Positions 1-9,588 of a stretch of 64,000 bases of DNA are shown one piece after another (the first letter of the stretch is position 1; each line of letters begins with the position of its first letter). The stretch covers positions 53,169-117,168 of the forward strand of contig CAVWLW010000038.1 in the NCBI GenBank assembly GCA_963755715.1, given 5' to 3'. The DNA comes from an uncultured delta proteobacterium (lineage in GTDB: Bacteria > Desulfobacterota > Binatia > UBA9968). Below the pieces are notes generated by a model. It saw only the letters and a program-made list of their open reading frames with translations. It was not told the origin of the DNA and ran no database searches. Made by a program: the position numbers and the translations under genes.

Positions 1-1036
1 TATCGACCTGGCGGCCAACTATCTAGCACGCCAGTACTTCGCGGGAGGCGCGCGCGTACAATTGAAGCGGCATTCCGTGCATATCGGCGCGAGCCTGAGG
101 GCGCCGATGATTCCCTTGCCTATTTATTTAAATCTGGACTCGGTGTTGTCGGAAGATGGCGCCTTGCCGAAACTGGAGACACTGCGGTTAGGTCAAATAT
201 CCCTACCGCCGTGGCTGGCCTATTGGATCATTCCACGACTTTTTGCTTACGCGTTCAACGACGCAGATATTCGTTCTTTTCAGAATGTCATCAAGAAGGT
301 GGCGATCCAGGATAGACGGATCGCGTTGACCTATGAATGGCAAGCCGACCTGCCGAATAAATTGCGCACGGCCTTGCTGCCGGCGGAAGAGCGGGCGCGC
401 CTGCGGGCTTATCAAGAACGCCTCGCTTCGGTAAGCCATTCACTGAAGGCGAAGGATATTTCACTGACAGAGTTGCTCGCGCCTCTCTTTATGCTCGCCG
501 CGGACCGTTCGACCGATGGCGATGCCGTTGCGGAGAACCGCGCCGCGATATTTCTGCTCACCCTCTACGTCAATGGACAAAGCTTGGAGACGATTTTACC
601 CGACGCGAAAAGCTGGCCGCAGCCCGAGATGCGTCGTGCACTGCTCAACCGCCGCGACGACTTTCCCAAGCATTTCATCATCTCGGCAGCCCTAGCCGCT
701 AGAGCCGGCGGGCCCCTCGCCGACGCCGTCGGTGTTTACAAGGAAATCGAGGACTCCCGTGGCGGCAGCGGCTTTTCGTTCAACGACATTGCCGCCGATC
801 GTGCCGGCACGCGCTTCGGCGAATATGCCGCAGATCCCGCTTCTGCCCGGCGTTTGCAGCAACGCATGCGCGCCAGGATCGAGGAAAAAGACCTGATGCC
901 CGCGACCGAAGATCTGCCGGAATTTATGCCTGAGCGAGAATTCCAGCGGCGCTTCGGCGGAGTTGACGCGCCGCCGTACAAAAAAATGATGACCGATATC
1001 GAGCGCCGGGTCGCTGCCTTGTCGCTCTACCGTTGA
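1..1036 (+). CDS. Conserved hypothetical protein, 5'-truncated by the window edge
   Basis: Frame is open from position 2 (IDLAANYLARQY...). C-terminal block KHFIISAAL...GVYKEIEDSRGGSGFSFNDIAADRAG looks like a conserved domain; function not recognised. Confidence 0.75.
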   Translation, partial: IDLAANYLARQYFAGGARVQLKRHSVHIGASLRAPMIPLPIYLNLDSVLSEDGALPKLETLRLGQISLPPWLAYWIIPRLFAYAFNDADIRSFQNVIKKVAIQDRRIALTYEWQADLPNKLRTALLPAEERARLRAYQERLASVSHSLKAKDISLTELLAPLFMLAADRSTDGDAVAENRAAIFLLTLYVNGQSLETILPDAKSWPQPEMRRALLNRRDDFPKHFIISAALAARAGGPLADAVGVYKEIEDSRGGSGFSFNDIAADRAGTRFGEYAADPASARRLQQRMRARIEEKDLMPATEDLPEFMPEREFQRRFGGVDAPPYKKMMTDIERRVAALSLYR

Positions 1037-1270
1037 TGCTTTATCGGCGCTCAGAAGATTACTGCCTCGGACCAAGCCGGCAAGGAGAATGGAATCTTTT
1101 CCTTGGACAATTCGGCGAGGATGTTGAAGCCTTCTGCTTGAGCCTCGAGCACGGTCCTATCGATCCGCGCTCAACACAGCGGACGAATCCCCATATTGCA
1201 GCGATGAACGACATGACCAATTTGTGCATCGCTCGCGTGCGGCCTAAAAGATTGAACGAATTCGTTCAAG

Positions 1271-2047
1271 CTATTTCTGAAACTGCTCTTTGGGAAAATT
1301 CGCCGTCGCCATCACGCCGCCGTCGACCACCAAGGGATGACCGTAAATGAAATCGGAATCGTCGCTGACCAGAAACAACGCGGCTTTCGCTTGGTCATCC
1401 GCGGTGCCCAAACGGCCCGCGAGATTTTCAAAGGTGCGACTGCCGGCCACGTCGTCGTCGAAACCCACCGGCGAGCCCGAACGGTTCGGCACGACGCAGT
1501 TGACGCGGATCTTGTACGGCGCGAGCTGGACCGCGAGGGCGCGCGTCATGTTGATGACGCCGGCCTTGGCCGCAGCATAGGCGATGCCGTCGAAGCGCCC
1601 GATCATGCCCGAGGTCGAACCAAAATTTACGATCTTTCCGCCGCGCCCTTGTTGGCGCATTTGCTCCGCGACATACTTGGTGACGAGGTACGGGCCTTTG
1701 AGGCTGACCGCGATGACTTTGTCGAATTCCTCCTCGGTGCTGTCGAAAATATTCGCGTGATCGGTCAGCGCTGCATTGTTGACGAGAATGTCGATGGCGC
1801 CGAATTTCGCGACGACCTTTTTGACCATCTCACGCACATCGCTCGATTTGGCAACATCGCCAAGAACCACCATCGCATCCTGGCCCGATTTGTTGATTTC
1901 ATCGACGACCGCCTGCCCGCGCCCTTCATGCATTTCCGCTACAGCAATCTTTGCGCCTTCCGAAGCAAACAGTTTGGCCATCGCCTTGCCGATGTTTCTT
2001 CCCGCGCCGGTGATCATCGCAACTTGTCCTTTGAGTTTCATTGCCAC
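1271..2047 (-). CDS. SDR family NAD(P)-dependent oxidoreductase
   Basis: TGAGRNIG Rossmann motif, ILVNNAA, catalytic YAAAK, C-terminal LVVDGG. Confidence 0.93.
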   Translation of the reverse strand: MAMKLKGQVAMITGAGRNIGKAMAKLFASEGAKIAVAEMHEGRGQAVVDEINKSGQDAMVVLGDVAKSSDVREMVKKVVAKFGAIDILVNNAALTDHANIFDSTEEEFDKVIAVSLKGPYLVTKYVAEQMRQQGRGGKIVNFGSTSGMIGRFDGIAYAAAKAGVINMTRALAVQLAPYKIRVNCVVPNRSGSPVGFDDDVAGSRTFENLAGRLGTADDQAKAALFLVSDDSDFIYGHPLVVDGGVMATANFPKEQFQK

Positions 2048-2135
2048 AATTCCTTTCCTTGAATCGTTTTTCGTAGAACCTCTGGAGTAGCTGCTGGCGC
2101 AGGTTGGCCCCGCTTGTGCGCTGGGATCATCTCGC

Positions 2136-2684
2136 TCAAATCTTGAGATCTTCCGGAGGAGTGAACGTGTAGACGTCGAAAGTATTCAGCGTGCAGGCCA
2201 ACATCGCATAATAACCGATTGTGGCGGCGAGCTCGACCATGCCCTTTTCGCCGAAGCGGCCGTAGATCGCCTGAAACGTCGCCTCGCTAACCCGATGCGT
2301 GTGAATCATCTCGCGCACGAAGCTCACGATCGCTGCCTCTTCGGAAGAAAAACTCTCCGTGCCTTTTTTCTGATAAACGGCGCGAATGGTTTCCATCGGA
2401 ATACCGGCTTTCTCTCCGTGCATAATATGCGCCGCCCATTCGTGTTTGCATTCCAGCTCCCGCGCCGACACCAACGCCGTAAACTCGATGACTTTGTGAT
2501 CTAAACTGGATTCGAAACGGATATAGCTCCCCAGATGCGCCGTGCGCGCCGCCAGCTCCGGGCTGTGCAACAGCGCCAGCCACGGCCCGCCGACGACGCC
2601 GCGGCTCTGCGCAATGGTGTCATAAACTTTCTGATGCTCCGGCGCCAGGTCTTCTTTTTTTGTGATAGTTGCGATGCGTGCCAT
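2136..2684 (-). CDS. Carboxymuconolactone decarboxylase (CMD/AhpD-like) family protein
   Basis: LLHSPELA...LGSYIRFES, HEWAAH, FGEKGMVELAATIGYY pattern. Confidence 0.85.
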   Translation of the reverse strand: MARIATITKKEDLAPEHQKVYDTIAQSRGVVGGPWLALLHSPELAARTAHLGSYIRFESSLDHKVIEFTALVSARELECKHEWAAHIMHGEKAGIPMETIRAVYQKKGTESFSSEEAAIVSFVREMIHTHRVSEATFQAIYGRFGEKGMVELAATIGYYAMLACTLNTFDVYTFTPPEDLKI

Positions 2685-2700
2685 TCTTCCTCCGTTTAAA

Positions 2701-3830
2701 TCAAGTCAGTTTTTCTTTGAGCCATCGAGTCACAATGTCAATGACTTCATCGTTCGATTGACCTTTCTTGCGACCCATGTGGCCGGCGCCCGCGATAATG
2801 CGCAGTTCTTTCGGGCTGCCGTGCTCCGCGAGCAGATAAAGATCGCTGATCGGATGCTGATCGTCTTCCTTGCCGTTGATGCAGAGAAGCGGCGCGCAAG
2901 GTTGATCGATCAGGCCTTGCGTCACCAAGGATAAAGTCGGCGCGATCCTAAGCGTTTCTTCCAGCGTCTTGACGCCGAAGATGTAAGAGCGCGCATCGAG
3001 CAGACTCGCCGGCCCCATGAGATATTGCGATGCAGTTAGAGTCAAAGCCGGGCGCAGCCACTCTTCTTGAAAGGTCCGATGCACGCCGGCGCCCCAGTTT
3101 ACGGCGCCACGCAACCGCTTGGGCTCAGTATGCGCCAGCTTTGCCGCCCAATAGCCACCGAAGCTGCCGCCCATGCAGGCGATCCGCTTGCCGTCGATAT
3201 CGGCGCGGCTTTCGAGATAGTCCATCGCCGCGGAAAAAGTTCGCTCCGCCCTCGGATCGCCGCCAAGACAAGGGTTTTCCCCGGCGCCCGGCATGTCGAT
3301 GGTAAAACAGGCAAGGCCATTTTTGAGCAAGACGTCATTGTTGGTGCGCCGATCTTCTTTCCAGCCGTCGACGCCGCCCCAGTGCATCACGACCGGCGGG
3401 TCGATTGATGCCTTTCGGCACCTGCAAATAGCCGACGACTTTCTTTCCCTCGAAAGGGATTTCGATCCGCTCCAGCGGCGGGTCCATCGTTGGCGCCGCC
3501 TTGAGAAAAGTCCGCAGCGCGCCTTTGTAGCAGTTCATTTTTTCCGGGCTGCTCGGCACCGGGTAGCGGCCGATGCGGTAATACTCGTACGCCAAATAAT
3601 AAGTTTCGCCGGCGTCTTTTTTCTTGTCCTTGTTTTTCTTGCTCCTCGCCAAGCGCTTCATATTTAAGCCCGACTTTGCCCCACTCCCGGCCCCAGAGAT
3701 CGGCATCGAGGCTGGTGAGGTTTCTCACCACCTGCTCGACGTCTTCTTTTTTTACCCGTTCGAAAGGATTGATCCGCCCGGCGCGATGTAAAATATCGGC
3801 TTTGATTTCTTCGAGAGTTTTTTCGGCCAT
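2701..3830 (-). CDS. Alpha/beta hydrolase (FrsA / 2,6-dihydroxy-pseudooxynicotine hydrolase-like), two apparent frameshifts
   Basis: ORFs 3387-3830, 3335-3706 and 2701-3390 join into one protein: YRIGRYP, ERIEIPFEG, GGVDGWKE, DMPGAGE, nucleophile GGSFGG, C-terminal GAGHMG. Confidence 0.82.
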
Positions 3831-3844
3831 GCCAAGAACTCCCC

Positions 3845-4825
3845 TTACGATTTCGCGCCCGGCTCATTGGCCAATGCTTTGAGCGCCGTCTTGTAGAAGC
3901 GATCGTCGATAAATTGCTCCGGTTTGAAGTTCGGCTTCTCTTTCAATACGGCAAATTCCAATTCGGCGCGCTTGTAGAGGCCCTCTGGACTGAGGCTGGG
4001 AATATAGGCATCGCGCATCAAATCGTAAAGCGAAGCCGCGATCTCGCGCTGATCCAATCGGCCGTTCTTCATGATGATATCGATACTGCCCTCGCGGTTG
4101 GCGCGAATCCAATAGAGCGCTTTCATCACCGCTTTCACCATCCGCTCCGTCATATCGGGTTCTGCTTGGACATGCTTGGCCATCGCCTGCAAAGCGCTGA
4201 ATGGAACGTTTTTAAACTCATCGCCTAGATAAACCAGCCGCTTCATGCCGGCCTTGAGTAGCGGCCGGTCCGTCGGCGGCGCCATCAGCGCCGCGGCCGC
4301 TCGGCCTTGCATGAGCGCGATCGCCTTGCCTTCGTTATCGGGAATATTCAAATACTCGGCGAATTTTTCGCCGTAGCCATATTTGGCAAACAGCGCCTGA
4401 AGCACGCTGTAGGTCGAGCCGCCGAAAGTCACGGCGATTTTTTGTCCCTTGAGATCTTCCAGCCGTTTGATCTCCGGCCGGGTAATCAAGCCGAACGGAA
4501 TCTGATTGAAGATTTGCAAGAGCACACGAATCTGCTCGCCCTTGAACATCGCCTGCATGGACGGCCCGAAAGCAGATGAATAGTGGACGCTACCCGAAAG
4601 CAGCGCCTGCACATTCATCGCGTTGCCGCGCAGCACGACGATGTTGACGTTGGTCAGACCCATTTCGTCGTAGAATTTTTTTTCTTTGGCGACGACGTAG
4701 GCCAAGTGCTGGATATTGCCCGGCCCCGGCAAGGAGACGTAGATAGGCTTACTGACTTGCGCACCGAGCGGAGAAGCAAAGCAGGCAACCATCATCGTGA
4801 AGGCGAAGAAATTCAAGCGCTTCAT
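3845..4825 (-). CDS. ABC transporter substrate-binding protein, SsuA/NMT1(THI5)-like
   Basis: Start at MKRLNFF (signal peptide; GGAG upstream). Motifs VAKEKKFYDEMGL and LEDLKGQKIAV. The longer ORF-track start at 5407 overlaps the upstream permease. Confidence 0.88.
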   Translation of the reverse strand: MKRLNFFAFTMMVACFASPLGAQVSKPIYVSLPGPGNIQHLAYVVAKEKKFYDEMGLTNVNIVVLRGNAMNVQALLSGSVHYSSAFGPSMQAMFKGEQIRVLLQIFNQIPFGLITRPEIKRLEDLKGQKIAVTFGGSTYSVLQALFAKYGYGEKFAEYLNIPDNEGKAIALMQGRAAAALMAPPTDRPLLKAGMKRLVYLGDEFKNVPFSALQAMAKHVQAEPDMTERMVKAVMKALYWIRANREGSIDIIMKNGRLDQREIAASLYDLMRDAYIPSLSPEGLYKRAELEFAVLKEKPNFKPEQFIDDRFYKTALKALANEPGAKS

Positions 4826-4884
4826 AGAAACTTCTCCTGATAATTTGCCGCTGAGCCTGGACCGAGTTAACAGAAAGAGCGCGA

Positions 4885-5955
4885 CTAGCGCAAGCCCCGC
4901 AGGCGCGGATCGAGAACCTCGCGCAGCCCTTCGCCGACGAGGTAGTAGGCAAGCACGGTAATGAAGATCGCAAAGCCGGGAAACACCGCGAGCCACCAGG
5001 CAAAGGTGGTCGTGCTCCCCTCTTGCAGAATGGAGCCCCAGGTCACCAGTTCCGCGGGCACGCCGATGCCCAGAAAGCTCAGGCTCGATTCGACCAGAAT
5101 CGCCCCGCCGATGCCGAACACCACCGAGACGATGACGGGCGCCAGCGCGTTGGGAAGAATATGCTTGAACATCACTTTGCGATCGGAAACGCCGAGCGCG
5201 ACCGCCGCCGTGACGTAATCCAGATTTCGGATCCTGAGAAATTCGTTGCGCGTAAAGCGCGCCATGCCGACCCAACTGGTCACGCCGATGATCAGCATGG
5301 TCAAGTAGAGGCTCGGCGGCAACAGCGCCGCGATCGTGATCAGCAAAAAGAAGGTCGGAATCGAAAGCATGATCTCGAAGATCCGCGAAATCACCAGGTC
5401 GATCCACGAACCGAAATAGCCGGCGATCGCGCCGAGGACAACACCGATCAACAGCGCGATGCCGACCGCGACAAAACCGATGGAGAGAGAAATGCGCGAG
5501 CCGTGGATCATGCCGGCAGCCACGTCGCGGCCCAACTTATCGGTACCGAACAGATGTTTTGCCGACGGCGGTTCCAGCGGTTCGAGCAAATTGATGTTAC
5601 TCGGCCGATAGGGAATCGGCGGATACAACGCTTTCGCACCTTCGAGCTTTTTGAAATCGACGTTGAGCAGTTCCGCCGGCCACTGCCCCAGCTTGGCGCC
5701 GACGAGATAGCTGCGCAGGATGGGGAAATAGCTTTTGCCCTTGTAATTCAGGTAGTACGGTTTGTCGTTGGCGATAAAATCCGCGAACAGCGCCATGAAT
5801 ACGAGCAGGCAGACGACATAGAACCCGGCGAGCGCGATCGGATTGTGTTTGAAGCGCCTCCAGACATCCGACCAGAGTCCCTCGGCGACGTTGGCGTCTG
5901 CCGCGCCGGCCGGCTTCTCTGTGGCTTGGAGTTGAACTGTCGATGAGCGGCTCAT
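4885..5955 (-). CDS. Dipeptide/oligopeptide ABC permease (DppC/OppC-like)
   Basis: HLFGTDKLGRDV, GSRISLSIG, EAA-like YVTAAVALG, KHILPNA, ESSLSFLGIG. Confidence 0.93.
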   Translation of the reverse strand: MSRSSTVQLQATEKPAGAADANVAEGLWSDVWRRFKHNPIALAGFYVVCLLVFMALFADFIANDKPYYLNYKGKSYFPILRSYLVGAKLGQWPAELLNVDFKKLEGAKALYPPIPYRPSNINLLEPLEPPSAKHLFGTDKLGRDVAAGMIHGSRISLSIGFVAVGIALLIGVVLGAIAGYFGSWIDLVISRIFEIMLSIPTFFLLITIAALLPPSLYLTMLIIGVTSWVGMARFTRNEFLRIRNLDYVTAAVALGVSDRKVMFKHILPNALAPVIVSVVFGIGGAILVESSLSFLGIGVPAELVTWGSILQEGSTTTFAWWLAVFPGFAIFITVLAYYLVGEGLREVLDPRLRGLR

Positions 5956-6983
5956 TGCTGCCGTCGGCCGAAGGCGATGCGCGGATCCACGACGGCGAGC
6001 AGCAGATCGGAAAGCAGAATGCCGATCAGAGTCAGCACCGCGGTCACGGTAAACAATGCCAGCACGGTCGGATAATCCCGCGCCAGTACCGACTCGAAAC
6101 CCAACTGCCCCAGACCCGGTATGGAAAAGATGGTTTCAATGATGACGCTGCCGCCGATCAGTCCGGGAAGAATGTCGGCCAGGAGCGTAACCTGAGGAAT
6201 CAAGGAGTTGCGCAGCGCATGCTTGAAGATAACGACCTTTTCCTCCAGTCCCTTCGCCCGCGCCACCTGCACGTAATCTTGCCGGAGCACTTCCAGCATG
6301 CTCGAGCGCATGTAGCGGGATAAGGCGGCGAATCCGCTGTACGACAACAAAACGACAGGCAGGAACAAATGCCAGGCGTGATCCTGGATTTTTTTCCACA
6401 GCGGCCACTGCTCGGAGAAATCCAGCGACTCCACGCCGCCCGGCGGAAACAGGTAATAAAAATCGCCGCCGCAGATAAATACGATCGCCATCGTCGCAGC
6501 CCACACCAGGGGCACGGCGAAAAGCCCAAAGGCGACGACCGTCGTGATTTGGTCACCCGACGAATTGGCGTGGGTCGCGGAATAAACGCCCAGTGGAATG
6601 GCGACTAGGTAGACGACGAGAATCGACCAGACATTCAATTTGATCGTCACCGAAAGCCGTTCGGCGATCTTATCCCAAACCGGCTGGCTGTCCTTGAAGG
6701 AATCGCCGAATTTGAGCGTGAAGAGATTCTGCAACCAGACGAGGTACTGAACGTGCAGCGGTTTGTCGAGGCCATACTGCGCGCGCCACTGGGCCATCGC
6801 CTCGTCGACGGCGCCGCGCTTTTCAAGGGAAATACCGGCGCCGCCGGCCGCGCCGAGTCCTCCCGCTGCGCGCAGCTCGGCGGGATCGCCGGGCGCCAGG
6901 CGCATGATCAGAAAGCCGATCAAGGTAATGCCGATGAACGTCGGGATCATCAGCAGCAGACGTTGCGCCAAGTAGCTTGTCAT
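5952..6983 (-). CDS. Dipeptide/oligopeptide ABC permease (DppB/OppB-like)
   Basis: MTSYLAQRLL start, LAPGDPA, YGLDKPLHVQY, QDYVQVARAKGL, IETIFSIPGLG, RDYP. Confidence 0.93.
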   Translation of the reverse strand: MTSYLAQRLLLMIPTFIGITLIGFLIMRLAPGDPAELRAAGGLGAAGGAGISLEKRGAVDEAMAQWRAQYGLDKPLHVQYLVWLQNLFTLKFGDSFKDSQPVWDKIAERLSVTIKLNVWSILVVYLVAIPLGVYSATHANSSGDQITTVVAFGLFAVPLVWAATMAIVFICGGDFYYLFPPGGVESLDFSEQWPLWKKIQDHAWHLFLPVVLLSYSGFAALSRYMRSSMLEVLRQDYVQVARAKGLEEKVVIFKHALRNSLIPQVTLLADILPGLIGGSVIIETIFSIPGLGQLGFESVLARDYPTVLALFTVTAVLTLIGILLSDLLLAVVDPRIAFGRRQQ

Positions 6984-6994
6984 GATCGCTCGAA

Positions 6995-8764
6995 TTATTG
7001 GGCGCTTGCCACGCTGGTGTATCTCTGCCGCCCCACGGGGACCCACCAGTCGATGGGACGAAGACCGTCCGGAAAAACCTCGACACCTTCGAAGCGGCGC
7101 TGCAATGCAGAGGCGCGCTTGCCGACGTAGAGAAACGTGTAGGGCTGCTCGTCGTTCAAGATCTCCTGGAATTCCTTGTAGAGCTGAATGCGTTTCTGCG
7201 GGTCGAACTCGCGCCGGTAGGTCTCCAATATTTCATCCACGCGCGCGTTCTTGTAACTGATCGCGTTGGAGCCTTTGTTGGCCGCCTGAGAGGAATGCCA
7301 GATCTGATACATGTCGGGCTCCGTGGTCTGCATCTGCCAGCCCAGCACGACGGCGTCGAATTGATGATTCTTTACGTCGTTTAAAAAAATCGTCCAGTCG
7401 AGCTCGCGCACGCGCGCGTCGATGCCGCGCTTGCGAAGCTCCTCCACCAGCACCAGAGCGACACTCTTGCGCACGGCGTTGCCCGAGTTGACCTTGATCT
7501 CGAAACGCAGCGGCGTCTTTTTCCCGTCGATGACTTTGTCGAGCACGCCGTCGCCGTCGGTGTCCTGCCAACCCGCTTCATGGAGCAAAGCCAGCGCTTT
7601 CTGCGGGTCGAAAGGATAGCTTTTTAGATCCTTGTCGTACTCGGGCCGGAAAAAATAAATCGTGCTGTCGACCACTTCGCCGAGACCGAAGAGCACGCTT
7701 TGGACGATCAGCTTGCGATCGGTCAGGTAGGTCATCGCCTGGCGAACTCTTTTGTCGCGGAAAATCGGAAGGTCGTTGTTCCAGCCGATGTAGGTGTAGG
7801 TCGGCGCGTAGTATTCGTATTTTTTGAACTCGCGCTTGAAGCGCTCGCTGTTGGTGCCGCGCACCACCTGCACCGGAGTTAAGACTTCCATGTAATCGAG
7901 GCCGCCGCTTTTGAGCAGGGTCAGCGCCGCGTCCATATTGTTCACGATGCGAAACTTCAGCCGATCGAGGTGCGGCTGATCGATGCCTTCTTTGCCGTTG
8001 CCCCAGTAGTTTGGGTCGCGCGCGAGCTCGATCTCGCGGCCGGTTTTCCAGTGGCTGAACTTGTACGGGCCGGAGCCGAGCGGGTTGCGGTTGAAGTTTC
8101 GATTGAATTGCTCGCCGAATTTTTTCGCTTCGGCCGGCAGTTTCGCCGGGTCCTGGGCGAGCTGTCGCACGCTGATCCGCTGCAAGAGATTTTCCGGATC
8201 GTAGTAATGGCGCGGCAGCAGGGTGATGCCGCCGAGCACGCTCTCGTTGAGAAAATAGGGCTCCTTGGTAACAAAACGAATCGTGTACGGATCGACCAGC
8301 TCGGCGTCGATCAAGGAATTGAAATAGACGCGCAGAAACGGCGCATTGACAAACGGACATTTGATCGCCTTGACGCTGAAAAGCACATCCTCCCCAGTGA
8401 CCGGCCGGCCGTCCTGGAAGCGCGCATCCTGGCGAATCTTGAAAGTGTAAATGAGCTTGTCCTGAGATATTTCGGGCCGCGCCGCCGCAACCGCGGGTTT
8501 CAGCTCCAAGGTTTTTGGATTGCGCGTCAGCAGAGTCTCAAAGACGTAGTTCAGCACTTCGCTGGACGAAGCGTCGCTGCTGGTCAGCGGATTGAGCAGC
8601 TCCGGGTCGCTGAGGCTGTGGATCACCAGCCAGTCTCCCGTCACCGGCTTGCCCACTTCTTTTTGCTCCGGCGGCGGCGCGTCGGATACTTTGACTTCGG
8701 TTTTATCGCCGCATCCGGTGAGCAAGAGCAGCGCAAGCGTGAACCGCCAAACCTTCGGGAGCAT
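6995..8764 (-). CDS. Peptide ABC substrate-binding lipoprotein (family 5, OppA/AppA-like)
   Basis: Lipobox LLTGC, DPELLNPL, GSGPYKF, NPNYW-like DPNYW, DKRVRQAM. Confidence 0.92.
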   Translation of the reverse strand: MLPKVWRFTLALLLLTGCGDKTEVKVSDAPPPEQKEVGKPVTGDWLVIHSLSDPELLNPLTSSDASSSEVLNYVFETLLTRNPKTLELKPAVAAARPEISQDKLIYTFKIRQDARFQDGRPVTGEDVLFSVKAIKCPFVNAPFLRVYFNSLIDAELVDPYTIRFVTKEPYFLNESVLGGITLLPRHYYDPENLLQRISVRQLAQDPAKLPAEAKKFGEQFNRNFNRNPLGSGPYKFSHWKTGREIELARDPNYWGNGKEGIDQPHLDRLKFRIVNNMDAALTLLKSGGLDYMEVLTPVQVVRGTNSERFKREFKKYEYYAPTYTYIGWNNDLPIFRDKRVRQAMTYLTDRKLIVQSVLFGLGEVVDSTIYFFRPEYDKDLKSYPFDPQKALALLHEAGWQDTDGDGVLDKVIDGKKTPLRFEIKVNSGNAVRKSVALVLVEELRKRGIDARVRELDWTIFLNDVKNHQFDAVVLGWQMQTTEPDMYQIWHSSQAANKGSNAISYKNARVDEILETYRREFDPQKRIQLYKEFQEILNDEQPYTFLYVGKRASALQRRFEGVEVFPDGLRPIDWWVPVGRQRYTSVASAQ

Positions 8765-8766
8765 CG

Positions 8767-9588
8767 TCAACTCCCCACCGCTTCGATCGGCACTTCCTGC
8801 GCGTTGGCGGGTTTTTGCTGCGAGAAAAGCTCGGCTGGAATCGAGCCGTTGACTTCCGGCTCTTGGTAGCGAATATCGACTTTCTTTTTTTGTAGGGGGG
8901 CTTCGAAGACGATGCGCTGGGCAAACAGCCCGGCCGCCGTCGAAACGTAATTGCTGAACTGAGCGCTCAGCTCGACTTTGCCCTCGGCGTTGAAACGCTC
9001 CCATTTGCTCGGCACCGGTTGTTGCGAGTCAAACGTCAACGCATCGCGCTTGCGCCCGTTCTGAGCAAAGATCAGCGTGTTGCCGTCGAGGCTCGGTGTC
9101 GCGTTGACGTCGACCGGCGGCAAGCCGCTCAGCAACGTGGTGATCTCTTTGAGCTCGAGCGAGATCTGCGTATAGCGGCGCAAATTTTCTTTCGTGGGCG
9201 AGCCGCGCACGAACACCCCCTCGCGCGGATGCAAGCCGATAATTTCTTTATCGTTGGCCGTAACGATCAGGATCGCGCCCAAAAAAGTCAGCGTCTCCAA
9301 ACGCAACCGATCGGGCCGCTGTATGAGAACAGCTTCTTGAAAGCCGTGTTTGCCTTCCGGTCCGGCATAATCGATCTGCGCGAGCGCGCGCAGAGAGCGG
9401 AACTGGCGGTCGCGTTGGGTGATCGACTCGATCAGTTTGCCCGCTTCCCAGACCGGCGCGGGCAGCTTACTTTCCGGCGGCGGCGTCACCGTCGCGCAAC
9501 CGAACAGCGCGAAGGCGACGGCCGTAAGAATCAGAATTTTAAACGAGGTAACCGAGGCAACGCCGGCGCGCCGATGGACCAGGGTCAA
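8767..9588 (-). CDS. Lipoprotein, DUF4292 / LolB-like fold
   Basis: Lipobox LFGC, FRSLRALA, RPDRLRLE, beta-rich body ending in PAELF; overlaps the upstream TPR gene. Family assignment by recognition only. Confidence 0.65.
   Translation of the reverse strand: MTLVHRRAGVASVTSFKILILTAVAFALFGCATVTPPPESKLPAPVWEAGKLIESITQRDRQFRSLRALAQIDYAGPEGKHGFQEAVLIQRPDRLRLETLTFLGAILIVTANDKEIIGLHPREGVFVRGSPTKENLRRYTQISLELKEITTLLSGLPPVDVNATPSLDGNTLIFAQNGRKRDALTFDSQQPVPSKWERFNAEGKVELSAQFSNYVSTAAGLFAQRIVFEAPLQKKKVDIRYQEPEVNGSIPAELFSQQKPANAQEVPIEAVGS

Noticed and set aside
3845-9004. Long N-terminal extensions on the ORF-track binding proteins (starts at 5407 and 9004)
   Set aside because: They overlap upstream genes in other frames; signal-peptide starts are at 4825 and 8764.
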